NCBI GenBank assembly: GCA_047967505.1
Contig: CM106538.1
Reading direction: 5' to 3' (one strand)
Length of the DNA: 64,000 nucleotides
Origin: Dipteris shenzhenensis
Lineage: Eukaryota
Part shown: positions 36,121 to 46,898 of the stretch, piece by piece
How the letters are laid out: each line of letters opens with the position of its first letter
How positions within the stretch are numbered: the first letter of the stretch is position 1
Program-made: the position numbers and the translations under genes
Notes under the pieces: generated by a model
What the model saw: the letters and a program-made list of their open reading frames with translations, nothing else
Told to the model about the DNA's origin: nothing
Databases searched by the model: none

Positions 36121-36344
36121 TTTCTTTCTTCTTTTTTTCCAAGAAAAGTACTTCATTAAGTATGAATAAAAACCGCAGAGCAAGCTCAAGTGCGGGAGTA
36201 CATCATGTCAAGCATGAAAAAAAACAGCTCAAAATGAGCAAGCACCGGGTGGCGGCTGAAAATGCCACCTCATCCCTGAAGGAGAGTCAGAGAAGAAAGG
36301 ACAATCCTTCCAAACTCTGAGAAAAGCAACCCTCCTAGCAGTAG

Positions 36345-38910
36345 TGTTGGAGATAAGTGCACACTAAGTGTACTATTTCCCTAGTCTACATTTGTCTAAG
36401 TCTAGTCTAGTCTTTGTGTCTTGAGTGTGTGCCATGTGGCACCTCTACAATTATCCCATAAGCACTCTTGCTTTATGTCTTGTACTTTGGCCCATATATT
36501 CATGGGTCACATCATTGCAATCTATCTGTCTAGCTTGTGTCTTGTCTACACTCTTCTCAAGGTATTTCTTGTCTTTCAATCTTGTTATTATTTCATTTCT
36601 AGTTTCTAGTTCTTGCTTCCATATTCCAACATAGTATCAGAGCTAGGTTGATCCCTCTTCTCTCCCCTCAGTCTGCTATAGCCATAGCTGCCTCTTCTCA
36701 GATTTCTCCCCCGCTCAGCTGGTCGCCATCTTCATCTTCTGCCCGTCTTCTCCACGCTGCTGCCGTTCCTGCTGCCGCTGCAGATCTGCCTGCCATCTCT
36801 CTACCACGCTGCTGTCGTTCCTGCTGCCGCTGCAGATCTGCCTGCCATCTCTCTGCCAGATCTGCGCGCCAGATCTGCACGCCATTGCGCTGCCAGATCT
36901 GCTGCGCAGTTCTGCTCTCTGCCAGATCTGCGCATCAGATCTGCACAGATCTGGCGCTGCTGTAGCTCCTGCTCTTGCTGTCACTGCTGTAGCTCCCGCT
37001 CTTGCTGTCGCTCCTGCACCTGCATCAACAAACGAACATTTCGAAGTACAGTCAAGACTGTCCGTACAGTCCGTACGACTGTACGGAATCTGTACCTGCA
37101 CAGGCCGCACCTCTCCAGCTGCTGTTTGCGATCTGCGCCATCTTCACGGAGATCTGTGCCATCTGTTCGTGACTGCCTTGGAGCTCGCGCTGCCTGCACC
37201 TCCTGGACCGCGCTCCTTTTTGCACCTCTGCCTCTGTCTGGGATTAAGGTACTGTGCATTGCCTCTTTCAGTTTGCTGAGCAGTTCCTTTTTTTTTTTGC
37301 TGGTTCCTCGTGCTTCGATGGGCTGTCACATGCTATGGCCTTGACAAAGTGGTGAGAGAACCGGCTTCTTGCATCTCTCCTTTCATTTATTTTTGCAATA
37401 TTGTAAGGGAATAGACACTGCCCTTGCATCTTAGCAAGCGGTAAGACCTTCCCACATGGCATCTTCCTCTCATTCTCTCATGTCTATCGACAAATTCAAT
37501 GGGTCCAACTTTCATACTCGGCAAATCAAAATTAAGTGCCATCTTATGAAAGGTCTTTGGGACATTGTTCACTGTGCTGCTCCCGAAGAATCCGACATTG
37601 AGCAAGTTGTCACTTATGTTCCCAATGCCAAAAACGACAAAGCCTATGCTATCATCTTGCTCGGTCTTGGAGATGATTACATTCATCACATCTCCGACAT
37701 ACAGTCTGCTTCTCAAGCATGGATCACTTTGGATACCCTTTTTGGACCCAGATCTAAAAACTCTAAGATTGCACTTATGATCTCATTCTTTGATCTACAT
37801 ATGCAGGAGGGAGCTACTATAGCCTCTCATGTCAATTATCTTCGCAGTCTTATGGTTCAGCTTGCATCAGTAAAGTCTCCCATCTCCGAAGGTATTGCTA
37901 TTGCTGTGCTTCTTAAAAGCTTACCTGACACCTATGCTATTCTTGTCACTACCTTCAAGTATCACAATAATCCTTCTCTTGAAGGTATCATCAATGCTCT
38001 CCAAGAGGAAGAAAGAACTCAACAACGAAAGGTAACTGACACTGCATTTTTAGCAAAGAAAGGAAGTTCTAAGGTAAGAAAGCCTTGCACCCATTGTGGC
38101 AAAACTAATCATATGGAGAAGGATTGTTTCAAGGCTCATCCATGCACCATTTGTGGCCGTGATAATCACCGGGATAGGGACTGCTACTCAAAACCCTCTA
38201 CATCAGCCCGTGCATATACCTCAGCCCATGTTGCTGCAACATCTCCATCAGCAGATCCTGCTGTTCCTTCCTCATATGATGAGAAGTGGGCTTTCTGATT
38301 ACTTCTATTTCTTGTCTACCACTTTGACCACCGATGATGTAGGTCAAAGGGTTCTCGTGTCTTGGTCTTTCTGTTTGACTACATTCAGTCTTCTGTCTAT
38401 CTAGTCTTGTCTGTCTGTCTATTTGTCTATCAATTTGACTGTGTTTTGTTTTAGATCCATCTTGTCCCTACCCTTGTGGACCCATAGAGGATATCACTTG
38501 AGGAGGGGTGTCGCAGGATCTTTGTCTGTCATGTCTTCTATCTTGTCTCTCAGTCTATCAGTCTTTATGTCTGTCTTCTAGTCTTTTCTTTCTGTCTTAC
38601 TCCTAGTGTCCACTTAAGGAGGGTGTTGGAGATAAGTGCACACTAAGTGTACTATTTCCCTAGTCTACATTTGTCTAAGTCTAGTCTAGTCTTTGTGTCT
38701 TGAGTGTGTGCCATGTGGCACCTCTACAATTATCCCATAAGCACTCTTGCTTTATGTCTTGTACTTTGGCCCATATATTCATGGGTCACATCATTGCAAT
38801 CTATCTGTCTAGCTTGTGTCTTGTCTACACTCTTCTCAAGGTATTTCTTGTCTTTCAATCTTGTTATTATTTCATTTCTAGTTTCTAGTTCTTGCTTCCA
38901 TATTCCAACA
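36345..38910 (+). mobile_element. Non-autonomous gag-only LTR retrotransposon (TR-GAG type, copia-like Gag), 2566 bp, recent
   Basis: 287-bp LTRs at 36345-36631 and 38624-38910, identical by eye; TSD AGTAG; PBS TAGTATCAGAGC 36632-36643; PPT 38616-38623; no pol. Confidence 0.95.
37456..38298 (+). CDS. gag: Copia-type Gag, 280 aa, uninterrupted, two CCHC zinc knuckles
   Basis: IDKFNGSNF...GLWDIV, KAYAIILLGL, AVLLKSLPDTY, CTHCGKTNHMEKDC, CTICGRDNHRDRDC. Confidence 0.92.
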   Translation: MASSSHSLMSIDKFNGSNFHTRQIKIKCHLMKGLWDIVHCAAPEESDIEQVVTYVPNAKNDKAYAIILLGLGDDYIHHISDIQSASQAWITLDTLFGPRSKNSKIALMISFFDLHMQEGATIASHVNYLRSLMVQLASVKSPISEGIAIAVLLKSLPDTYAILVTTFKYHNNPSLEGIINALQEEERTQQRKVTDTAFLAKKGSSKVRKPCTHCGKTNHMEKDCFKAHPCTICGRDNHRDRDCYSKPSTSARAYTSAHVAATSPSADPAVPSSYDEKWAF

Positions 38911-41900
38911 AGTAGCAGTCCTGGAGGTTCCCTATATGTTCACCCAAATGGCCATCAAAGTGTGTATAATATCTGCCCTCAAAATGAGCAAGCACCGGGT
39001 GGCGGCTGAAAATGCAACCCCATCCCTAAAGGAGAGTCAGAGAAGAAAGGACAATCCTTCCAAACTCTGAGAAAAGCAACCCTCCTAGCAGTAGCAGTCC
39101 TGGAGGTTCCCTATATGTTCGCCCAAATGGCCAAAGTGTATATAATGCCCAGATACTGGCCATAGTCTGAGAAGGGTGAATCGGGGAGTCCTCCAAAGCC
39201 TCTGTACATTTGGCTCTCCAAATATTCCATGCTGTGATACTAGCCAGAATCTCCCAAGATGTGTCTACAGAAGCGTGGGAAGCTCTGAATGGAGTAAACG
39301 GAACATCCCGAAGGGAGCATGACATGTCGAACAAAGAAACTTGTGTCCATATCATGTCCCTCAAAGAAAGCCTGTGGACCAGTGAGTGACAACCAAGTGA
39401 CTAATCCCCAAGTCATGAAGAAGGGTGCTCTATGAAAAGTGCAAAGTATCCTAGCAACACCCTTCCAAATTGTCCTCGCTTGAGTGCACTCCCAAAGGCA
39501 GTGCTGCATTGACTCAATTGTTGAGTGGCATCAAGGACATGTAGGGTCAGCCCCCAACCTGGAGCTCCATAGGTTCATTGCAATCCCTCCATGAATAGTA
39601 AGCCAGATGAATAACGTGATTTTCCTATTCCTGAGGGATTTTCAAAGCCTCCTCTAAAAGTTTTTCTGCATCTTTGTAGAAATCTGAAAAGTATCCCAAT
39701 GAGGAGCTCTAGAGGGCCTCTAGCCCCTACAACTGAGCTGGAATCTCCTGGCATTTTTGACCGTGTAACGAAAGAATAGGATGCTCTTCTCTCGGTGCCC
39801 TGCAACTATCCACTCCCGTTCCCTTGGATCCCACTGCAAGGATCTAATAGGGGAACCTCCATACAGCCAAAGCCTCCAAGATCCAATAGCCAGGAGAACG
39901 GGGTCTGGATCAAGATACCACTGTGAGTCTCTACCCATCTCCATGTATCCTGCAATCCTGACAGGCTGAAAAGGAGCCTCCAAAAGAATGTCCTCTGAAG
40001 ATCAGTGGAGTCTGCCTCCTGCTTGAACCTGAAAGAAAAGGGTATCCTCATGTGCATCCCGCAAGGCTATAACCTGCAGAGGGATACCTGTCCTCGAAAA
40101 AGCCCCCAACCAGGTGGACTCAGAAATAGGCAATTGGTCTGTATCCATCCACTCCACTGGTATGGCTGCATCTATTTGCTGCATCCTGGCTGCACTTCCT
40201 CTGAGGTGACTAACTAAACGAGCTCTCTGATCCTCTGGAAGCATCCTGAAAGCTTTCCAAGCACCGACCATGGGTGCACGTCCCAACTCCCATCTAGACC
40301 ACTGCATATAATATGACATGCCCAGTGATCTGTCATGCTCATCTAGTACGCAATCATTCCACATGATGGGCTGCCTGTCAATTTCTTCACGAGAGGAGGG
40401 TGGAACTCTCCGAAGAGTACTTCTGAAGCTGTCCCAAGCCTTCAGAATGGCAGCCATGAGAGGGTAAGTAGGAGATCTGAGACGGGCTGACGTAAAGATC
40501 TATCTAGGGCTGTCCATCCAATCTCCTCCCTAAGAAGGTGTGCATGTCTGTATACTGCGTAAGAAAAAATCCTTCCAAGGCTCCTGACCAGGCATCAAAC
40601 CACTGACCACCATCTTGTAGAGCAAGGCTCTACATATTGCAAGTCTGGATCAATAACATTGAGGCCCCCTTCCTCAGTGGGTAGAATAAGAGTCTCCCAA
40701 GCCACCTTGGCTATCACATCTGAAGTGCCGTCTAATCCACTCCACAAAAAAGTTCTGATAGGTCTCTTGAGTTGAGTGATACTGCTTGTAGATCGGCACC
40801 AACAAGAGCAAACAAACCAGGCTGTAGCCAACAGAACCTGGTTTACAACCACCACTCTGGATGCAAGGTCAAGTCTGGCCAAACTCCAAAATAGGAGTTT
40901 CCTCCTGATGCTCTCCAACACGGGAGCGAACTGCTGTGCTGGGGAAATGCCCACCCCAACCTGGCATCCAAGATACCTGACGGAGACACCCCTCTGAATC
41001 CAAAGTAAATCCAATATCAGCACCCCAATCTGGAGTGTCCTCATCACTAATCCAAAAACCATTGGATTTGTTCCAGTTAATGTGAGCCCCTGCTGCAATG
41101 CAAAATAAATCCAAGGCTATCTTGAAAGAGCTGAGTGTCTGTGGAGTGGCATCCAAAAATATAGCCGTGTCATCTGCTAGCTCACTATCCAGCAACTCAT
41201 CTTCCTTTCTCAACGAAAGTCTCAGCCCAAAAATTTCAGCTTGAGCTCTGATATAGAGGCTCATAGCGAAGAGCCACAAATAAGGATAGAAAGGGTACTA
41301 GAGGGCCTCCCTATTGGACTGATTTGGATATCTGAAACCTATCTCCCCTGACTCCACCAATGAGTACCTGGCTATGGGCTGACCTGTAAAGAGCAGAAAC
41401 CCCTCTAATCCACAAATCTGAAAATCCAAAGCGAAGAAGGGTTCCCTCTAAAAGACCCCAATCTACCCTGTCATATGCTTTTTCGAAATCCAGGAGTAGA
41501 ATTGCCAGTCTATGGCCCTCATGCATAGCCCACTTAGAAGCCTCCCAAAATGAGAACATACTATCAAAAATGCTTTTGCCATGGAGAAAGCCTGTCTGTG
41601 TGTCATGCATAAGATCTAGCAGGATGGGCTGTAGTCGCAAGCTGATGTCTTTTGCCAAGATCTTATACAAAGTGCCCAGTAAGGTGATCGGTCTCCACTG
41701 AGACACTAAATTTCTGCAACCTCCTTTTGGGATAAGATGAATGAGACCCTCCGAGAGTGAGTCCGGCATCTCACTAGAGTCCCAAACGCCCTACAGGGCT
41801 GAGGTGATGTAATCCCCAATCTGATCCCAAAAAATAAAAAAAGAAGAAGGTGTAAGCCCATCTGACCTTGGACAACTACCCTTATGAAGGGCGGTAAGAG

Positions 41901-44900
41901 CGGTCCTGAACTCTATGTTGGTGAAGCGTGCATCAAGTGAGGCTCTCATACCTCTATCCACCAACATAGGAATATGCTGCCAATTAACCTGTCTAGCATC
42001 ATCTCTGGCCTGTTAATCAAGATTTGCAGTCAAAAGGGAGGCATAGTAATCTGAAGCAATCTGCATGACGGCATCTGGATGTGTCTGAAGTATCCTGTCT
42101 GAGTCAACAAGCTACGAAACACTCTCCCTATTATGTCTAGGACTGAGAGTAGAGAAGAATTGCTTGTTGACTCTACCTCCGATCTGCGTCCAAAAAGACT
42201 CTCTGGCGTGAAAGGCATTCTCTACTCTATGATCTAAAAGTGTCTGCTGATGAGCCCTTGCTACAGCAAGGCGCTCCTGAATCCAAGCATCAGTGGGCCG
42301 TTTCTGCTCTTCTCTCTAAAGAGTTGCCAGCTGCTGTTGAATGGCAATCTCTCTCCTGTGAATCTCATCTCTCCTAATACTAGCAACAGAATGATAAAAG
42401 CTGCTAATATTAGTCAGGGCTGCAGCCACTTCTGATGGGGACGGCTGCCCACCCTGCAGGTGAGAATCCCAAATCCGTAGTACTGCCTCTGTGAGGCCCT
42501 TCTCTGCGTAGAGGGCATCTGGAATCCTGATATTGGTAGAGTAGCCTCTCGCCCAAGGCTCTGAAACCATCAAAACAACCCGAAAATGATATGAAGTGGA
42601 AACCCCTGCACTAATGCAAACTATCCCACCTCTATCCAGTGCCCAATCATCCACATAAAATGTGTCAATCCATGCATGGATAGGCATCCTTACTCTCCTG
42701 TTCAACCAAGAAAACAGAAGAGACTGTGGCTTAGTGTGAAAAGCATTGTCAACCAAGTATCTCTGCCACTGAACTGAAAAAGGAAGGCATCCCATGCTGC
42801 TCTCTCCAGGGAGTGAATGCCACCTTCCCTACCCCCTCTTTTGTCTGAAGGCATTTCAACCATGTTGAAATCGCCTCCAATAAGCCAAGAATCTACAATA
42901 TGTGACCAAGAGAGCAACTCCTTTTAAAGGAGGACACGATCCCCTCGCAAGTTGGGTGCATAAAGGATAAGGAGGCCAACCTTACACCCGCCAATCATCA
43001 AAATAGCCTTATGTGCTCTAGAGGGGACTATGACTCCGTGTCCAATGACCAAGGGGAGCATCAAAGAAGAGATAGAAATGCAAATACCTCCCCTGGTGCC
43101 TGAGGCAGGTGACCAAAAAGTATGGCCAGAAAGAAGCTTACCTGACTTGGCATAATCTCTACCATCCAGCTTATGCTCTTGGAGCATAAGGATATCAATG
43201 GGACCACCTGAAATACCTGGATGGAGTTGGTTACGAATCAACTGCGTACGGCGGTGATGAGGTATACCACCAAGGCCTTGAACGTTTCAACTAACAATCC
43301 TCATCGACGGGAGGAGGAGGCCGGGTGAAAGGTCCTACCCGACCTGGTGGTGGAGAAAATCCTCTCCTATGAAAGAGTGCTCCTATCAAGTGGAGGAAAA
43401 TCAACTGGTGAAGGAAAACCCACTCCAGCAGAGGTGGAAACCCTGTCCAAAGGAATCCCAATTATTGGCTTCCCCAGGGTAGAGGGTACCAACTCCTCCT
43501 CCGTCTCAAACTCTTCCAAATCTGCCAGTACTGCAAAAGAGTTCCTATAGGCGGGAATTGGCTTAGGAGTGCAAAGAATCCCTGCACCAGAGGGAGAAGG
43601 AGAAAAAACCCCCTTACCTTTATCAAGAGGTGAAGTGTGACTAACAAAGGGAGGGGGCTGATCAGGCACATCAGTGATATGATTTGAGGAAATGGGTTGC
43701 CCCTCCTAATGAGCAGGTGGGGGGACTGGGGCAACCACATGTACGCCTGCAGTAATATCACCTGCTTGTAACTGAGAATGGTTCGAGGTGGCTCATAGAG
43801 GTGGCGGAGTGTCAACAACCCTCACAGGCATCCAATGGGGTACTGCTACTGTGCGAGCTGAAGAAGAGGGTCTAGGTCTAGGGTCTGGTCCCGAAGGTCC
43901 TGGACGAGAAGGCGGGGCTTTGGTAGCGCATGCAGAAGTAGGATGAGAAGGTGGAGTAAACCGTTTGTTTCTTCTTCCTTGGGCAATCCCTGGCGAAGTG
44001 CCTAAGGGTCCTGCAAATCCTGCACACTGATCCTGTCTCCGAGCAACCTCAACTCTGTGTCGAAAAAAGGAACCATCTGGTCGCTGAAGCATAATGTGAT
44101 CATCTGTATCAGGGTCAGAGACGATGACCCTGATTCGTGGCACCCCATCCAATCTGACAGTGTTTGCCATTGAAGAGGGCATGCCAGGGAGGGGAGGGAT
44201 CTCTGTGACCAACCCAAAAATAACTCCTATGGACGGTAAGATTTGATGGTAGACCTGAGGAAGGCTTGGGAACCTGATGAAAAGTGAGGTAACCCTGCTA
44301 TCTTCCTCTACTGGATCAAAACCCAAAGTGAAGGGTGTCAAAAAGATCCTCCTGGAGCTCAATGCCAAAGGACTAGCCCTGAGTATTGAATCTGCTGCCT
44401 TTGGAGAATCAAATACCACCTGGAAGAACCCTCATCCGAGCAAACGAACATCGGTGAGGTGCCCAGGTAAAGCCGAAAGCATCCAATCCCTAGCATGTAG
44501 CTTGGAGGGGTGGGAACCGTGGATGCAAGCAAAGAGTGAGGTGGCATATTTCTGCTCTGAGTGTGTCTTGAGCTGCTGAAGCTCGTCTTTGGAAAAGATA
44601 ACTGTTTTGGTGGCTGGTGGAAGCAGTCGAGGATTGGCTGAATGGGAACCCATTCGTCAATCAAGGTGGAAGGGCCGACACGAACACGAGGATGCTCTGT
44701 CCATCTGACAACCTGTTGCCAGAGAGAGAAAATCTCTCTCTTGTTCCGTCAGGGGATGAAGAGGGGGGAGAGGGAGGGAGGGAGGTGGTGAAGCAGAGGT
44801 AGGGGCAGAAGGAAGGGGCGGGGGAGGGGAAGGGAGGCGGGGTAGGAGTGGGAAGAAGGGAGAAGTGGGAGAGGAAGGAGGGGCAGCGGGGGGGTAGGGA

Positions 44901-45169
44901 GAGGAGGGGAGAGGGCAGCGGGGTAGAAGGTAAGAGGCAGGTAGGGGGAGCAGGGTAGGAGGTAGAGGTGGGTAGGGGGAGCAAGGGGTAAGGAGGGAAG
45001 GGCAGTGGGGGGGTAGGGAGAGGCGGAGTGAGCAGCAAGGGAGAGGAAAGGAGCGGGGTAGGGAGGGAGTGGTAGCGGGGAAGGGACGGCCCTCATCATG
45101 TGTTGCAAGGGAGGCTAAGTTTGGTAGCCTAAGGTCTCTATGGGATCTAGTGGCTTATCCAAAAGAAGA

Positions 45170-45412
45170 CTGAAAAATGTAACTCTCCTGGAAGTGGTGG
45201 CTACTCTTGAGGATCCTTGCATGCTCGCCCAGGTGGCCATCAGAGTGTGTACTGTGTCGGTCCAAATACTAGCCATAGCCTGAGAAGGGTGAACCTGGGT
45301 ACCCTCCATCGCCTCTGTACACTTGGCTCTCCAAATATGCCGAGCTGCAATGCTAGCCAGAATCTCCCATGATGTGTCTATTGAGGCATGAGCAACTTTG
45401 AAAGGAGTGAAG
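45170..45412 (-). mobile_element. L1 family 3'-region fragment
   Basis: FTPFKVAHASIDTSWEILASIAARHIWRAKC matches the other copies. Confidence 0.8.
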
Positions 45413-45588
45413 GGGGGGGGGAGGACCCACATTAGACCATGCTAATTTGGAAAATTTAGCAGAGAATCATCATAGTACATCTCTTTTTTTCCCAGACATG
45501 CAAACACTGCAAAAATATTTTCTGCCAGAGTGTTGGTTTAGCAAAGACTTGGGAGTTACGTAGTCTGATTTCCCACATGTTTTTAAGA

Positions 45589-45612
45589 CTCTCTCTCTCT
45601 CTCTCTCTCTCT
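45589..45612. repeat. (CT)12 microsatellite followed by C-runs
   Basis: Read directly from the sequence. Confidence 0.9.
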
Positions 45613-45827
45613 CCTCGCCCCCCCCCTGCCCCCCCCCACCACACCCCCATCCTTCAATCTCATGTAATTTCCACTCTAACATTCATGCTCTGTTGTTCTC
45701 TTCCAAAAATCTAGATATAGGCCTAAGAATGATGTAGTATTGTCCCCTTGCCCAATCATTTTTTCTAGATTGAAGAAATGTCCTTCATATTACAAAATTT
45801 TACAAATGTTTCTTATGTATTTTGAAG

Positions 45828-45938
45828 GTCCAAGGAAAATATTTTGTACATGTTGACCTCGTCAACAACGGATCACGATGGCGTCGCTCTACTGGACAAC
45901 AAGTGTATTCCCCTTTGCAGCTTGCATTTACAAGCCAG
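45828..45938 (+). CDS. GH38 alpha-mannosidase (vacuolar/lysosomal type), fifth-from-last coding exon
   Basis: aag|VQGKYFVHVDLVNNGSRWRRSTGQQVYSPLQLAFTSQ|gt; phase 0; resembles the plant alpha-mannosidase C-terminal region. Confidence 0.88.
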
Positions 45939-46051
45939 GTAGACACATAAAGAAGGCCATGCATTCCAAATATTGGCAATATAAGTCATTCAAGACAAAT
46001 AATGTCATAATTTTCATTGCATGCTTCATAACCTCATTGATTTTCTGACAG

Positions 46052-46150
46052 ACTGAAGGAGAAAACTGGATTTCTTCACACACTCCTATATTTTCGGCTA
46101 TGGCCCCTGGTTATAACCTCCCGGAAAATGTGGCACTTATAACCCTGCAG
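46052..46150 (+). CDS. alpha-mannosidase exon
   Basis: cag|TEGENWISSHTPIFSAMAPGYNLPENVALITLQ|gt. Confidence 0.92.
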
Positions 46151-46327
46151 GTGTACTGTGCAAGCCATTCTGAACTATTTATATGGAATGTTCTAGGTTC
46201 TGGATAGATTAGGGAGACTGGGAATCTTGAGGTTTCAATCCATGAAGACTAGGACAAAGCAGTAAGGTTCTTTTGTAGAAATTCTGGAATCATTTCATAC
46301 CTAAATATCTGGATGTGCGATTTACAG

Positions 46328-46375
46328 GAACTTGATGATGGGAACGTCCTGTTACGTCTTGCCCACCTATACGAG
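46328..46375 (+). CDS. alpha-mannosidase exon
   Basis: cag|ELDDGNVLLRLAHLYE|gtaa; LLRLAHLYE is a conserved GH38 motif. Confidence 0.93.
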
Positions 46376-46451
46376 GTAAAATTCTGACTGTGGATACCAC
46401 AGTGGTGACAATGGAAATGGCAATACAAGTTCCTAACTCTGTTATTTTCAG

Positions 46452-46520
46452 ATGGACGAAGAGAAAGTTCTGTCTACAAAAGCATTTGTCGATTTGAAGA
46501 AAGTTTTTCCAAATCAGGAG
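46452..46520 (+). CDS. alpha-mannosidase exon
   Basis: cag|MDEEKVLSTKAFVDLKKVFPNQE|gt. Confidence 0.9.
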
Positions 46521-46703
46521 GTGGCAATTCTTCATACCTCAATAGCTGAATTTTGCCTTGCAAGTAGTCAATTACTATGAGAATCCTCTGAAATTTGGGA
46601 GTTGAGTGAAAGAAATGTACCGGTCTTCTTATGGGACAGCTAAATGTCTTCCTATAATGCTTCCTTCAGTCAATGTTCTGATTTCAAGTGTGCATCCGTG
46701 CAG

Positions 46704-46898
46704 ATTAAAAATATTACAGAGCTAAGTCTTTCAGCAAATCAAGAGAAGTCAGCTATGAAGCCTCGATTAGTTTGGAATATAGAAGGGAGTGATAATCATC
46801 CACAGCAGCCACTAAGAGGGGGACCGGTTGATCCAATCCAATTAGAGGTCGAGCTGGGACCTATGGAGATACGGACATTTCTCTTGAGTTTCACCTGA
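46704..46898 (+). CDS. alpha-mannosidase terminal coding exon
   Basis: cag|IKNITELSLSANQE...LRGGPVDP...VELGPMEIRTFLLSFT*; PMEIRTF is the GH38 C-terminal signature. Confidence 0.94.
   Translation: MKNITELSLSANQEKSAMKPRLVWNIEGSDNHPQQPLRGGPVDPIQLEVELGPMEIRTFLLSFT

Larger units (their letters stand above)
36121..45090 (-). mobile_element. Near full-length L1-clade LINE (decayed), interrupted by the gag-only element
   Basis: CT-rich 5' region ~44750-45090; ORF1 ~44660-43301; ORF2 from 43304 (MRIVS.NVQGL, IGGDFN, WRPITLL, LDFEKAYDRV, ELADDT, VRYLG); T-rich tail at 36121-36138. Confidence 0.92.

Noticed and set aside
45090-45110. Possible remainder of the copia 5' LTR or TSD at the 5' end of the long L1
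   Set aside because: Only a weak atcat.tgttg resemblance, not enough to call.
46644-46703. ATG-initiated 84-aa ORF as an independent small gene
   Set aside because: The first 20 codons are intron; homology starts after the CAG acceptor at 46701-46703.
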